DNA of 38,872 nucleotides, taken from contig CAXHJY010001594.1 in the NCBI GenBank assembly GCA_964016885.1, positions 1 to 38,872 on the forward strand, written 5' to 3'. The translations under genes and the position numbers were made by a program. The notes beneath the pieces were generated by a model. It made no database searches, had not been told where the DNA came from, and saw only the letters and a list, made by a program, of their open reading frames with translations. How positions within the stretch are numbered: the first letter of the stretch is position 1; each line of letters begins with the position of its first letter. Below, piece by piece: positions 23,896-38,872 of the stretch. The stretch is from Eledone cirrhosa (taxonomy: Eukaryota).

Positions 23896-26800
23896 ATAAC
23901 TTTGATAACTTTGATAGGTTTCGGTCAGTATTGGCCCAGGCCATGTCTAACTTAATAGCACCACCTGGCGAAGTCTTACAAATCAGTGTTTGGGCACCAT
24001 GGCCCACTCGAGCAGAGAGTTCTTGTTTACAGAGTCATATCCGGGTGTAGGAGGCTTATCCGGGATTTCTTGAAGGAATTTGTACAAAGACTTCTTGAAC
24101 TTGATGGGACTGTTTCTGCTTTGATGTGTTTTGGTGTAATGTTAAAGAGAGCAGGGCCAATTGAGGTGAAATAATTGTGCCGTATTGTTGTTATGTGATG
24201 AGAGTGGGATTTTTGTTGTGGGTGGATAGCACAGGGCCCAAGCCTTGGGTGTACATTAAAGGTGATGCCAACATCGTTTGGGCAAAGCTGATGGAATATT
24301 TTCCACATCATGCAGATAATGTAGCGCTCACGGCAACGTTGGAGAGAATAAAGTTTGAGTTTTTCTAGTTGACCCCAATAGTCAAGGCCTGTCATGCCTA
24401 CTATCTTTTTTGTAATTGACCTTTGGGGTGCTTCAACTTTCATGATACTTTGTCTCGTGTGGGGGTGACCACAGTAGACAACAGTATTCAGGGTGGTGTC
24501 GGGCAAAAGTGTAAAAGAGAAGGACAACAGTGTGGATATCTCTCGACTGGAAAGTTCCGAGAATCCAGGAACACATTCAGCGGGCCATATCAACTTTGCT
24601 GTTTATATGAGTGGCCCAGCTTATGTTGTTGTCCACAATTACTCCCAGGTCTCTGATGTTATTGGAAGCTACCAGAGTTTCACCCGAAGGAAGAGAGTAT
24701 GGTAGTTTCAGAGCATCCTTTTTTCCAAAGTGGATTAGTTCAAATTTATCCTCATTCAACAGCATATTATTCATCTCTGCCCATTGGATAACAGCCAGTA
24801 GGTCTGACTGAAGGCAAGTCCGGTCACCCACCTCATTGATGACTCTTTGGCGCTTGGAATCATCTGTGAGGGCTCTTATGTTGCTGTGCTTGATGATGTC
24901 AGTGATGTCATTAATGTAGATGATGAAAAGTGGGCCCAACACAGTGCCTTGTGGGACGCCACTGCGGACTTTGGCAGGGCTTGATTTTACTCCTTCGACT
25001 ACAACATGCTGGGTTCTGTCTGTCAGGAAACACTTGATCCACTGTAGTAACTTTCCAGAGACACCAATATTGGATAGTTTTTTCAGTAGAATCCTATGAT
25101 CAACCCTGTCGAAGGCCTTGCTGAAATCAAGGTAGATGACATCAGTGTTGGAGCCCTCTCCCAAGGCTCTCAAAACATCGTCAAAGTGATGCAGGAGCTG
25201 CGTTTGGCAGTCCCTTTCATTATGGAAGCCATGTTGGTTGGAGATCAGCAGGCCGTTGCTTTCAAGAAAGTGGGTTATTCGTGATCTCACCACCCTCTCA
25301 AATACCTTGATGATATGAGAGGTGAGTGAGATAGGATGGTAGTTCCCTGCAAGGGACTTATTTCCCTTTTTGAAGACTGGGACAACGGACTGGGACAGAA
25401 AATATTCAGGAATATAGCCAGTATCCAGCGAGTTCCTCCACAGATTAGCAAGAGGAGATGCAAGTTGGTGTCGACACACATTCAGGACACAAGCAGGGAA
25501 CCTGTCGGGGGTCTACTGCTGAATTGTGTTTAATTTTGTTTATTGCCGCTAAGACGTCAGGGGCGTCAAACGTTATGTCTGATATAGTGTGTTGGGGATT
25601 AACATCACTGATACGGCCCAGATCGGCCATATCAGGATTGCTGAAAACAGAACAGTATTGTTTCTGCAGTATCCCGTCCATGGTTTTGGCATGGTCTTGG
25701 GGTGTGTCATTTTCATCAACTAGGGGGCCAACAGTGGAGACGGTAACCTTGTGTTTTTTAGCAAATGAAAAGAACACTTTGGGGTTGAGTTTGATTTTCT
25801 CAATGGCCCACCTCTCTTCAGCTATTCTATGGTTATTGATGATGGTCATCATGCATTGTTGGAGGTTACATTTTTTTGATTCAAGCAGGGTGATAGCCGT
25901 CAAATGCGTGTGTTGGTGTTGGCAGTATTTTAGTGTGTTAATTTTTCTGTTTGTTCTTTTTATTTTTCTGATAATTATTTTTCTGTTTTGGGGGATACTG
26001 CACTTGGTTTTGTTCACAGGTTTTTGTGTTTTGTACATATATTTCTGACAGTGTCTACAAAGATCTGCCAAGATGTTTTGATATTGGTGGAAGTGTGTGC
26101 GCATGTAAAAGACCAGTCGACATGTGATAGTTCGTTCATAATTGCATCCCAGTTGGCACTGTAGAGATCCACGTTATCAAGTGGGTTGGCTGGAAAGAGG
26201 TCTCTAGGATTAGCTTTTGGCTGGTGGAATCTCAGGTTACAAAGAACTATGTCATGGTCTGAGAGAAGGGTTTTTTCCACTGTAATATTATGGATACTGT
26301 TAGTGTGGTTACTAAACGCTAGATCCAGAATGTTCTTCTGATGCCTCGTTGGTGCAAGGACAAGTTGGGACAAGAAAAACTCATTCATGAAGTCAAGAAG
26401 TGACTCGACAGCCTCTTTGTCAGTGGTTGAGGCTGTGGAACCTGGTTTCAAACTACATGTAGACCAATCGACACAGGGTAGATTAAAGTCTCCCATCAAA
26501 AGTATGTTGCGAGAATGGCACTGTTTAATAAAGCATTTAATACTGTTGAGGCATTCTTTGAAGCAGATTATGGGTGTTTGTGGCGGCCTATAGAGCCCAA
26601 CTAATGTCAGGTCATTAGCTTTGTTGTGCACAGTGACTGATTCACAGTATCCATTAGAGAATGTTGTGTTACCATCTGCTGTAAGGAAATCATGCAGGAA
26701 GATGCCAGTTCCATCCTTCCTTCTGCCAACACGATCCGTGCGGACGGTTGTGAAATTCCGCACTCTTACTTCGGCCTCCAAGTGGGAGTTGTCAAGGTGG

Positions 26801-27078
26801 GTCTCAGTAAGAATGAAGAAGGGGATGTGAAATGGATGGTTACCAACCCAATCCTAAATGAATTGTATCTTGCATTTCTGTGCATTGATGGATGGGCTGA
26901 TACCTTGTGTATTGAGTAAGAATGTGGAGGCTAGTGTGGTGGCTGGTTTTGACTGTTGCAGGGGCTTGTTTTAAGATTGTGTGTTAGTGACAGGAAGGAT
27001 GGTATTGGGTGATGGCTAAAATGTTTTTATGTATCTCTTTTGCCAGGTTCATGGGTAAAAAAGAAAATTTTCTGGTAC
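23896..27078 (-). mobile_element. Decayed CR1/L2-group LINE, copy 2 (end of ORF1, APE, RT, 3' tail)
   Basis: Collinear with 5099-8275. GLYRPP, MGDFNLP, YLDFSKAFD, SGVPQGTVLGP; ORF1 end MNLAKEIHKNILAITQ; tail (ATCAAAGTT)x2. Confidence 0.93.
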
Positions 27079-27293
27079 ATATAATATATATATATATATA
27101 ATGACAAACACACACACACATTATATACACATATATACACGCACACATATATATATACCCATATACACACACACACACACACATATATATCTATTGAAAA
27201 GATAATACACTGTCTAGCTCTACACCTCGACACGGAAGTGAACCTAAACATTGAGTGCTCACCCGGGTGAACCTACAGTAACTAAGTTTCACT

Positions 27294-27329
<36 letters not shown>

Positions 27330-27454
27330 GGTGTAACTTATATATATATATATGATGATATATATATATAAAGAAAATGAGAAATGAACAAACAAGAGAA
27401 TGCATTAACAAAGTCATATTAGTTTCACACTTAACAGAAAGAGAGTGAGTTACA

Positions 27455-27490
27455 CAGTCAATGTATCAGGCATTTGCCCTTCATCAGGAA
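27455..27490 (-). ncRNA. Degenerate hammerhead relic
   Basis: Minus strand: CTGATGA-A-GGGC-AAAT-GCCT-GATA-CATTG-AC. GAAA and the triplet are mutated and stem I is lost. Confidence 0.4.
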
Positions 27491-27867
27491 AAACACAAAA
27501 GGGAAATTGACCCCCCCCCCCCCCCCCCGCTACACACATATATGACAAACATTTACACAGCTTCTGTTGAACAAATTTCATTGACAGGTCATTAGTCAAC
27601 TGATGGTTAAAGACATTGGTGATAGATGTGACACAGTGGGATTGAATTAGAAAACCATGTGGCTGCAAAACAAACTCCTTACCTCGACAAAGCCATATTA
27701 CTTATAAATATTGTCATATTTTTACACAATGAGAGTTAAGTGTCGATTGTTATTTGTCTAGCTGGTAGGATATAACCTCACATACATATACACACACACA
27801 CATGCATACACATGCACACAAACACATTGCATTCTGGGAAATTAATTTACTTTCATTTTTATTAATA

Positions 27868-28070
27868 TTCATCATCATCATCAGCATTTAACATGTATTT
27901 TCTTTGCATGGGTTAGACAGGCTGTCATGTACTGGGGAGAAACTGGTCAAGTGATTTATTCCTGATAGAATGCTCTGAGGCATGGTTTCTATGGAAGGCA
28001 AGGTCAACTTTGCCTTTAATCCATTCCAGTACAATAAAAAAGTACCAGTTTAGTACTGGTGTCGATTCTT
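27868..28070. mobile_element. Degenerate SINE/RTE tail relics
   Basis: (CAT)n..GCATGGGTTAGAC tail on minus. GGTCAACTTTGCCTTT..AAGTACCAGT..TACTGGTGTCGAT at 28001-28068 is related to the reverse complement of 30605-30680. Confidence 0.55.
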
Positions 28071-28284
28071 CCTCTATATCTCTTTCTCACTTCCATTTTC
28101 TCACTCTCTGCTGTATTCAGGTCTGGAGAGGAGATGGGCTCCACAAAGTTTAAAAATGCCATAGAAATGCCGTATGTCGATACCGTGCTCCTACGACTCC
28201 CTCAGGAGTTAAGAGACCGTGCATCTATGGCAGGATGTTCCTCTTAATGCAAACCACTTTACACCATAAACTAGAAGCATTTTA

Positions 28285-30540
28285 TCATGACACCAGCACT
28301 ACCACATCACAGGGTGGACTAGGTGGTTTTCATTGTGACACCAGCACTACCACATCACAAGCTGGTCAGACTGTTTTTTATTGTGACACCACCTCTATCA
28401 CATTACAGGGTGGTCAGGGTGTTTTTCATTGTGACACCAACACTACCACATTACAGGGTGGTCAGGGTGTTTTTATTGTGACACCACCTCTACCACATTA
28501 CAGGGTGGTCATGGTGTTTTTATTGTGACACCAGTACTACCACATTACAGGGTGGTCAGGGTGTTTTTATTGTGACACCAGTACTACCACATTACAGGGT
28601 GGTCAGGGTGTTTTTATTGTGACACCAGCACTACCACATTATAGGGTGGTCAGGGTGTTTTTATTGTGACACCAGCACTACCACATTACAGGGTGGTCAG
28701 GGTGGTTTTATTGACACCAGCACTACCACATTACAGGGTGGTCAGGGTGTTTTTATTGTGACACCAGCACTACCACATTATAGGGTGGTCAGGGTGTTTT
28801 TATTGTGACACCAGCACTACCACATTACAGGGTGGTCAGGGTGGTTTTATTGACACCAGCACTACCACATTACAGGGTGGTCAGGGTGTTTTCATTGTGA
28901 CACCAGCACTACGACATTACAGGGTGGTCAGGGTGGCTTTCATTGACACCACCACTACCACATTACAGGGTGGTCATGGTGGTTTTATTGACACCAGTAC
29001 TACCACATTATAGGGTGGTCAGACTGTTTTTTATTGTGACACCAGCACTACCACATTATAGGGTGGTCAGGGTGGCTTTCATTGACACCACCTCTACCAC
29101 ATTACAGAGTGGTCATGGTGGTTTTATTGACACCAGCACTACCACATTATAGGGTGGTCAGGGTGGTTTTATTGACACCAGCACTACCACATTACAGGGT
29201 GGTCAGGGTGTTTTCATTGTGACACCAGCACTACCACATTACAGGGTGGTCAGGGTGTTTTTATTGACACCAGCACTACCACATTACAGGGTGGTTTTAT
29301 TGTGACACCAGCACTACCACATTACAGGGTGGTCAGGGTGTTTTCATTGTGACACCAGCACTACCACATTACAGGGTGGTCAGGGTGTTTTCATTGTGAC
29401 ACCAGCACTACCACATTACAGTGTGGTCAGGGTGTTTTCATTGTGACACCAGCACTACCACATTACAGGGTGGCCAGGGTGGTTTTATTGACACCAGCAC
29501 TACCACATTACAGGGTGGTCAGGGTGGTTTTATTGACACCAGCACTACCACATTACAGGGTGGTCAGGGTGTTTTCATTGACACCAGCACTACCACATTA
29601 CAGGGTGGTCAGGGTGTTTTTATTGACACCAGCACTACCACATTACAGGGTGGTCAGGGTGGTCAGGGTGTTTTTATTGACACCAGCACTACCACATTAC
29701 AGGGTGGTCAGGGTGGTTTTATTGACACCAGCACTACCACATTACAGGGTGGTCAGGGTGGTTTTATTGACACCAGCACTACCACATTACAGGGTGGTCA
29801 GGGTGTTTTCATTGTGACACCAGCACTACCACATTACAGGGTGGTCAGGGTGTTTTCATTGTGACACCAGCACTACCACATTACAGGGTGGCCAGGGTGG
29901 TTTTATTGTGACACCACCTCTACCACATTACAGGGTGGTCAGGGTGGTTTTATTGTGACACCACCTCTACCACATTACAGGGTGGTCAGGGTGGTTTTAT
30001 TGTGACACCACCTCTACCACATTACAGGGTGGTCAGGGTGTTTTCATTGTGACACCAGCACTACCACATTACAGGGTGGTCAGGGTGTTTTCATTGTGAC
30101 ACCACCTCTACCACTTTACAGGGTGGTCAGGGTGGTTTTATTGTGACACCAGCACTACCACATTACAGGGTGGTCAGGGTGGTTTTATTGTGACACCACC
30201 TCTACCACTTTACAGGGTGGTCAGGGTGGTTTTATTGTGACACCACCTCTACCACATTACAGGGTGGTCAGGGTGGTTTTATTGTGACACCAGCACTACC
30301 ACATTACAGGGTGGTCAGGGTGGTTTTATTGTGACACCACCCCTACCACTTTACAGGGTGGTCAGGGTGGTTTTATTGTGACACCACCTCTACCACTTTA
30401 CAGGGTGGTCAGGGTGGTTTTATTGTGACACCAGCACTACCACATTACAGGGTGGTCAGGGTGTTTTCATTGTGACACCAGCACTACCACATTACAGGGC
30501 GGTCAGGGTGGTTTTATTGTGACACCAGCACTACCACATC
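28285..30540. repeat. Minisatellite, 45/47-bp unit, ~48 copies
   Basis: Unit GACACCAGCACTACCACATTACAGGGTGGTCAGGGTGGTTTTATT(GT). Confidence 0.97.
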
Positions 30541-30554
30541 CTAACAGTAATAAT

Positions 30555-31020
30555 TGTTTCTACTTTAGGCACCAAGGCCAACAATTTGAAAAGGAAGAGA
30601 AAGTTGATTAAATTGCCCCCAGTGCATTACTGGTGCTTTATTTTATCGAGCCCATAAAGATGAAAGGCAAAGCTAAACATGGTGGGATTTGAACTCAGAA
30701 TATAAAGGGTCATAATAATGGCTTTTAAATTAGTTAGAATGCCATTTGGGAAGAAGGGAAAGTCATTTAAATTGACTCCAATATTTGACTCCTATAAAGA
30801 TGAAAGGCAAATCTAACCTCAGCAAGATTTGAACTCAAAACATAAAGGGCCATAACTATATGCTGTAAAGTATAGTGCCCAACACCATACTAGTACTGCC
30901 AACCCACCACCCTAACAAGCCAGAATAATGGTTTTTAATTAAAGCAGAAAACCAACAACTTGAGAGGAGAATAAAGTCGATTCTATTGACCTAATACTTG
31001 GCTGGTAGTTTATTTTATAA
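30555..31020 (-). mobile_element. Two to three tandem decayed tRNA-derived SINE copies
   Basis: Repeated AAAGATGAAAGGCAAA...GATTTGAACTCA (minus strand GAGTTCAAATC, B-box-like) at ~30657-30700 and ~30796-30838. Partial third copy at 30925-31020. Confidence 0.65.
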
Positions 31021-31224
31021 TGTTAATTAAGGTAATGTGGATGAGCAGACATAAAGACACTGGCAGATATATTTCCTAGCTGTTCCAGATGACAGCAAGA
31101 GAGCCTCTACATGATTGTTCGGCCCAGAAGAAATAGCAGCCAAATATCCCTGAAATACACACTACTATCTCTGAAAACAACAAACTAGATGTTATCATGA
31201 GTTCACTGCATATAGGAAAACTGA

Positions 31225-33100
31225 TGAGATGGTTGCTTCATTTCTCTCCAGTCTCCACAGTTGCTACCCATGTCTCACTACCATGTAGAACAGTTGCTTC
31301 CCATGTCTCACTACCATGTACCACAGTTGCTACCCATGTCTCACTACCATGTAGCACAGTTGCTACCCATGTCTCACTACCATGTACCACAGTTGCTACC
31401 CATGTCTCACTACCATGTAGCACAGTTGCTACCCATGTCTCACTACCATGTAGCACAGTTGCTACCCATGTCTCACTACCATGTACCACAGTTGCTTCCC
31501 ATGTCTCACTAACATGTACCACAGTTGCTACCCATGTCTCACTAACATGTGCCACAGTTGCTACCCATGTCTCACCAACATGTAGCACAGTTGCTACCCA
31601 TATGTCACCAACATGTACCACAGTTGCTACCCATGTCTCACTAACATGTACCACAGTTGCTACCCATGTCTCAATAACATGTACCACAGTTGCTACCCAT
31701 GTCTCACTACCATGTACCACAGTTGCTACCCATGTTCACTACCATGTACCACAGTTGCTACCCATGTCTCACTACCATGTACCACAGTTGCTACCCATGT
31801 CTCACTAACATGTAGCACAGTTGCTACCCATGTCTCACTAACATGTGCCACAGTTGCTACCCATGTCTCACCAACATGTAGCACAGTTGCTACCCATATG
31901 TCACCAACATGTACCACAGTTGCTACCCATATGTCACCAACATGTACCACAGTTGCTACCCATGTCTCACTAACATGTAGCACAGTTGCTACCCATGTCT
32001 CAATAACATGTACCACAGTTGCTACCCATGTCTCACTACCATGTACCACAGTTGCTACCCATGTTCACTACCATGTACCACAGTTGCTACCCATGTCTCA
32101 CTACCATGTACCACAGTTGCTACCCATGTCTCACTAACATGTACCACAGTTGCTACCCATGTCTCAATAACATGTAGCACAGTTGCTACCCATGTCTCAC
32201 TAACATGTAGCACAGTTGCTACCCATGTCTCAATAACATGTACCACAGTTGCTACCCATGTCTCACTACCATGTACCACAGTTGCTACCCATGTTCACTA
32301 CCATGTACCACAGTTGCTACCCATGTCTCACTACCATGTACCACAGTTGCTACCCATGTCTCACTAACATGTACCACAGTTGCTACCCATGTCTCAATAA
32401 CATGTACCACAGTTGCTACCCATGTCTCACTAACATGTGCCACAGTTGCTACCCATGTCTCACCAACATGTAGCACAGTTGCTACCCATATGTCACCAAC
32501 ATGTACCACAGTTGCTACCCATGTCTCAATAACATGTACCACAGTTGCTACCCATGTCTCACTAACATGTGCCACAGTTGCTACCCATGTCTCACCAACA
32601 TGTACCACAGTTGCTACCCATGTCTCACCAACATGTACCACAGTTGCTACCCATGTCTCACTAACATGTAGCACAGTTGCTACCCATGTCTCACTAACAT
32701 GTACCACAGTTGCTGCCCATGTCTCACTAACATGTACCACAGTTGCTACCCATGTCTCACCAACATGTAGCACAGTTGCTACCCATGTCTCACTAACATG
32801 TACCACAGTTGCTACCCATGTCTCACCAACATGTAGCACAGTTGCTACCCATGTCTCACTAACATATACCACAGTTGTTACCCATGTCTCACCAACATGT
32901 AGCACAGTTGCTACCCATGTCTCACTAACATGTACCACAGTTGCTACCCATGTCTCACTAACATATAGCACAGTTGCTACCCATGTCTCACTAACATGCA
33001 TCTGACACAGGCATCATACAACCAATCTTTCACAGGGAGAAACCCTTCATTGCCAACAGAGGAAGCAGTTCTCTAAACTTCTTCCATCCTGTCCTTTATT
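31225..33100 (-). mobile_element. Old RTE fragment internally expanded into a minisatellite
   Basis: Flanks GCTTCATTTCTCTC (31236) and CATCATACA..AGGGAGAA..CTAAACTTCTTCCATCC (33012-33090) match RTE 18640-18810. Confidence 0.8.
31255..33000. repeat. Minisatellite, 33-bp unit, ~53 copies
   Basis: Unit ACAGTTGCTACCCATGTCTCACTA[C/A]CATGTA[C/G]C. Confidence 0.97.
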
Positions 33101-33859
33101 CTATGACTATTGAAATGGTCATGGCAGGACTACCTTTGATAATATAAGTCTAATTAATCAGGATGATCAGAAGTTAAAACAACAACAACAGCAACACTAT
33201 ATAGACAAAAAATATTGATAACTGATATAGACTGAACAGCTGTCAACATTTGTGCAACAAACAAATCAAAAGAATGATGCCACGACATGCAGCCTAATGT
33301 GTAATGTGTGGGATTATATGCATAAGTTTGTAAATTTTGCTGACTGCACTTGTACTGCAGCTGTTACAAATTCTATATCAGAATATGGTGCAGATGATGT
33401 GCTCATATTTAATTTTCATTTTGCTGCATTCATACACACATACACACACACACACGTGTGTGTGTGTGTGTGTGCATATGTATATATATATACATTTATA
33501 TATAGTTCAAGGAGACAAGAAACAGAGGTACAAAAAGACTTATTAGTTTCACAAAAGAGTAAAGAAAGTTCGACATGTTGGGCTTAAGTCCTTCTTCAAG
33601 ATTTCAAAATAAAGAAACAGAAAAAAGATCCAATAAAGACACAAAAAAAAAACGAAAATGAAGAAGGAAAACAAGAAAACCGTTAGGTAGTCTCAGTAAC
33701 GAGACCATAATAATAAATACAAAGAGCAAAATTCGAAGAGGGCTCAATAAGGATTGTATAAATATATATATATATATATATAATAAAAGTATATACAAAC
33801 CCCAAGAGTAAATATTTCTGATTTCTCCCTATATGTTTCAGAAGATCCTGTATATATAA

Positions 33860-34864
33860 ATAGACTACCCAAGTAGACACCCCAACCATCGATTACCTGT
33901 ACTAGACACAGAGCTCTGGTTAGATACCATTAACAACCAAAAACAAATCCTCCATTCCCATTATGCCAAACCCATGACTTCCAAACATCTGATCCACCGA
34001 AACTCGGCCATTTCGGACCATACCAAAATCAACATACTGATTGCGGATTTGGTACGGGTGATGAGAAATGTGTCCCGCATGTGCAACCCCGAAGAACTAG
34101 AGAGACACATACAACACTTCATCCACCGTATGCAGTTCCCTGGCTACAATCAGAGAGATAGAATCAGAGTGTATAGAGGAGCCAAAACCAAATATGAAAA
34201 AATGGTAAATAATGACATAAATGGGACCTGCCCCATGTATAGGAGCAAATTTTGGAATAGAATAGAAAGAACTAGGAACAAGGCCAATAGAATAAACTCA
34301 TGGTATGATAGCAATAAATACCAGAGTGTAATGTTCATCGATACAACCCCTAGAGGCGAACTAGCCTACAAATTTAGAAGGGCCCTAAATAAACATAAAC
34401 TCAATATTAAGATAGTAGAAAGACCAGGTACCTCCGTAAAAACACTTATTAGCAAGACATACCCGTTCCAAAGACCCTCATGTATAGACAAGAAATGTAT
34501 AACCTGTAAAATAAGCCCCCATATTAACTGTAAAACTAGAAATGTAGTGTATAGCATAAGATGTACTGAAGGACAATGTAGAAACAAAAATATAGTGTAC
34601 ATAGGTGAGACAGCTCGTAGTATAGGGGAACGAATAAATGAACACTGGCGAGACCTTCAAGATAATAAAGAATCATCTGTGCTCTACCAACATGCTAAGA
34701 TAGAACACAGGGGTAGATTAGAGAACATAGAAATAAAAATAGAATCCACACACAGAAAAGATGCAATGTTTAGGCAAATTACAGAGGCAGTAAGCATAAA
34801 AGAATTACAACCAAAATTAAATATAAAATATGAGTGGAACAGCAACATCACAACTTACAATTAA
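33860..34864 (+). pseudogene. Penelope-like element ORF, 5'-truncated (RT thumb, linker, GIY-YIG), Naiad-clade-like
   Basis: Frame open from 33860: DYPSRH..RLPVLD..HYAKPM..IHRNSA; PMYRS, SWY, FIDTTPRGEL, KIVERPG, C..CITC..C, NVVY.I.C..VYIGETARSIGERINEH, HAKIEH, RQITEAV, LN...EWN. Clade call is from recalled motifs. Confidence 0.88.
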
Positions 34865-35086
34865 GGACAAAATGAAAACACACACACACACACACATAGA
34901 ATAAACAACCAACCAACAATAAATAAATAAATAAATAAATAAATAAACAAATAGATAAATGAACACAAACACACACAGACACCCGGATGTGGCGCATGCG
35001 CAAACTGAGCACACAACACACACACAGAAACAAAATGGGGTAGGATAGAAGAAAGGAAAGGCACAGAAACAAAGAAAGGAACCCCC

Positions 35087-35131
35087 AGTCACTGAAGAGG
35101 TCACAGAATGTGTGACGAAAGGACTATGACT
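35087..35131 (+). ncRNA. Minimal type I hammerhead in PLE 3' region
   Basis: AGTCA-CTGAAGA-G-GTCACA-GAATG-TGTGAC-GAAA-GGAC-TA|TGACT, ~220 nt downstream of the GIY-YIG stop, same strand. Confidence 0.85.
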
Positions 35132-35318
35132 ATATATAAACAACTATCTGGTTGTGGAACCAACCAACCAACCAGAAATTTATAAGTTTGTAGATTTGTA
35201 AATTTATAAATTTATAATAAATTGAAGTGAAAGCAACTGGTGCGTGTGTTTCTTATTGACAACATGACCCTCCCAAAGTATAACAATTTCGGTTTCAACA
35301 CACGATTCAGATAAAGAA

Positions 35319-38872
<3,554 letters not shown>

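Noticed and set aside
27683-27761. Possible minus-strand exon ending at a GAG|GTAAGG donor
   Set aside because: Stops in all three frames from the candidate acceptors.
28121-28171. Possible 51-bp host exon (pyrimidine tract + CAG ... GTATGT)
   Set aside because: No recognisable protein, embedded among SINE/RTE relics and no partner exons.
28285-33000. CRISPR-like arrays
   Set aside because: Head-to-tail repeats with no unique spacers, no cas genes, eukaryotic context and an identifiable RTE origin.
33565-33606. Hammerhead-like relic on minus (TTGAAGAAGGACTTAAGCCCAACATGTC)
   Set aside because: GAAA is missing and stem I is poor; too degenerate to call.
34865-35086. SECIS element or selenoprotein in the Naiad-like PLE
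   Set aside because: No in-frame TGA in the visible ORF and no convincing SECIS stem-loop.

Overview
Repeat-saturated eukaryotic DNA with no recognisable host gene. The RTE 3' tails and SINE motifs resemble cephalopod (Octopus-like) repeats, which is an inference. About 40% of the window is TA/CATA microsatellite, and all the Y/I/M/C-rich ORFs are artefacts of it. Between the tracts lie two decayed CR1/L2-group LINEs, two near-identical RTE LINEs head-to-head (with a PHD finger after RT), two 5'-truncated Penelope-like elements (RT + GIY-YIG, resembling the Hydra and Naiad clades), SINE relics, and two minisatellites (45/47 bp and 33 bp) derived from RTE sequence. The most notable signal is a dense set of type I hammerhead ribozymes folded by hand. 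Two carry a compensatory U3-A8 core in place of C3-G8. One of these bounds a 596-nt structured non-coding tandem unit that looks like a retrozyme. Another hammerhead family forms a perfect 206-bp-arm fold-back whose apex is at the ribozyme's stem I.
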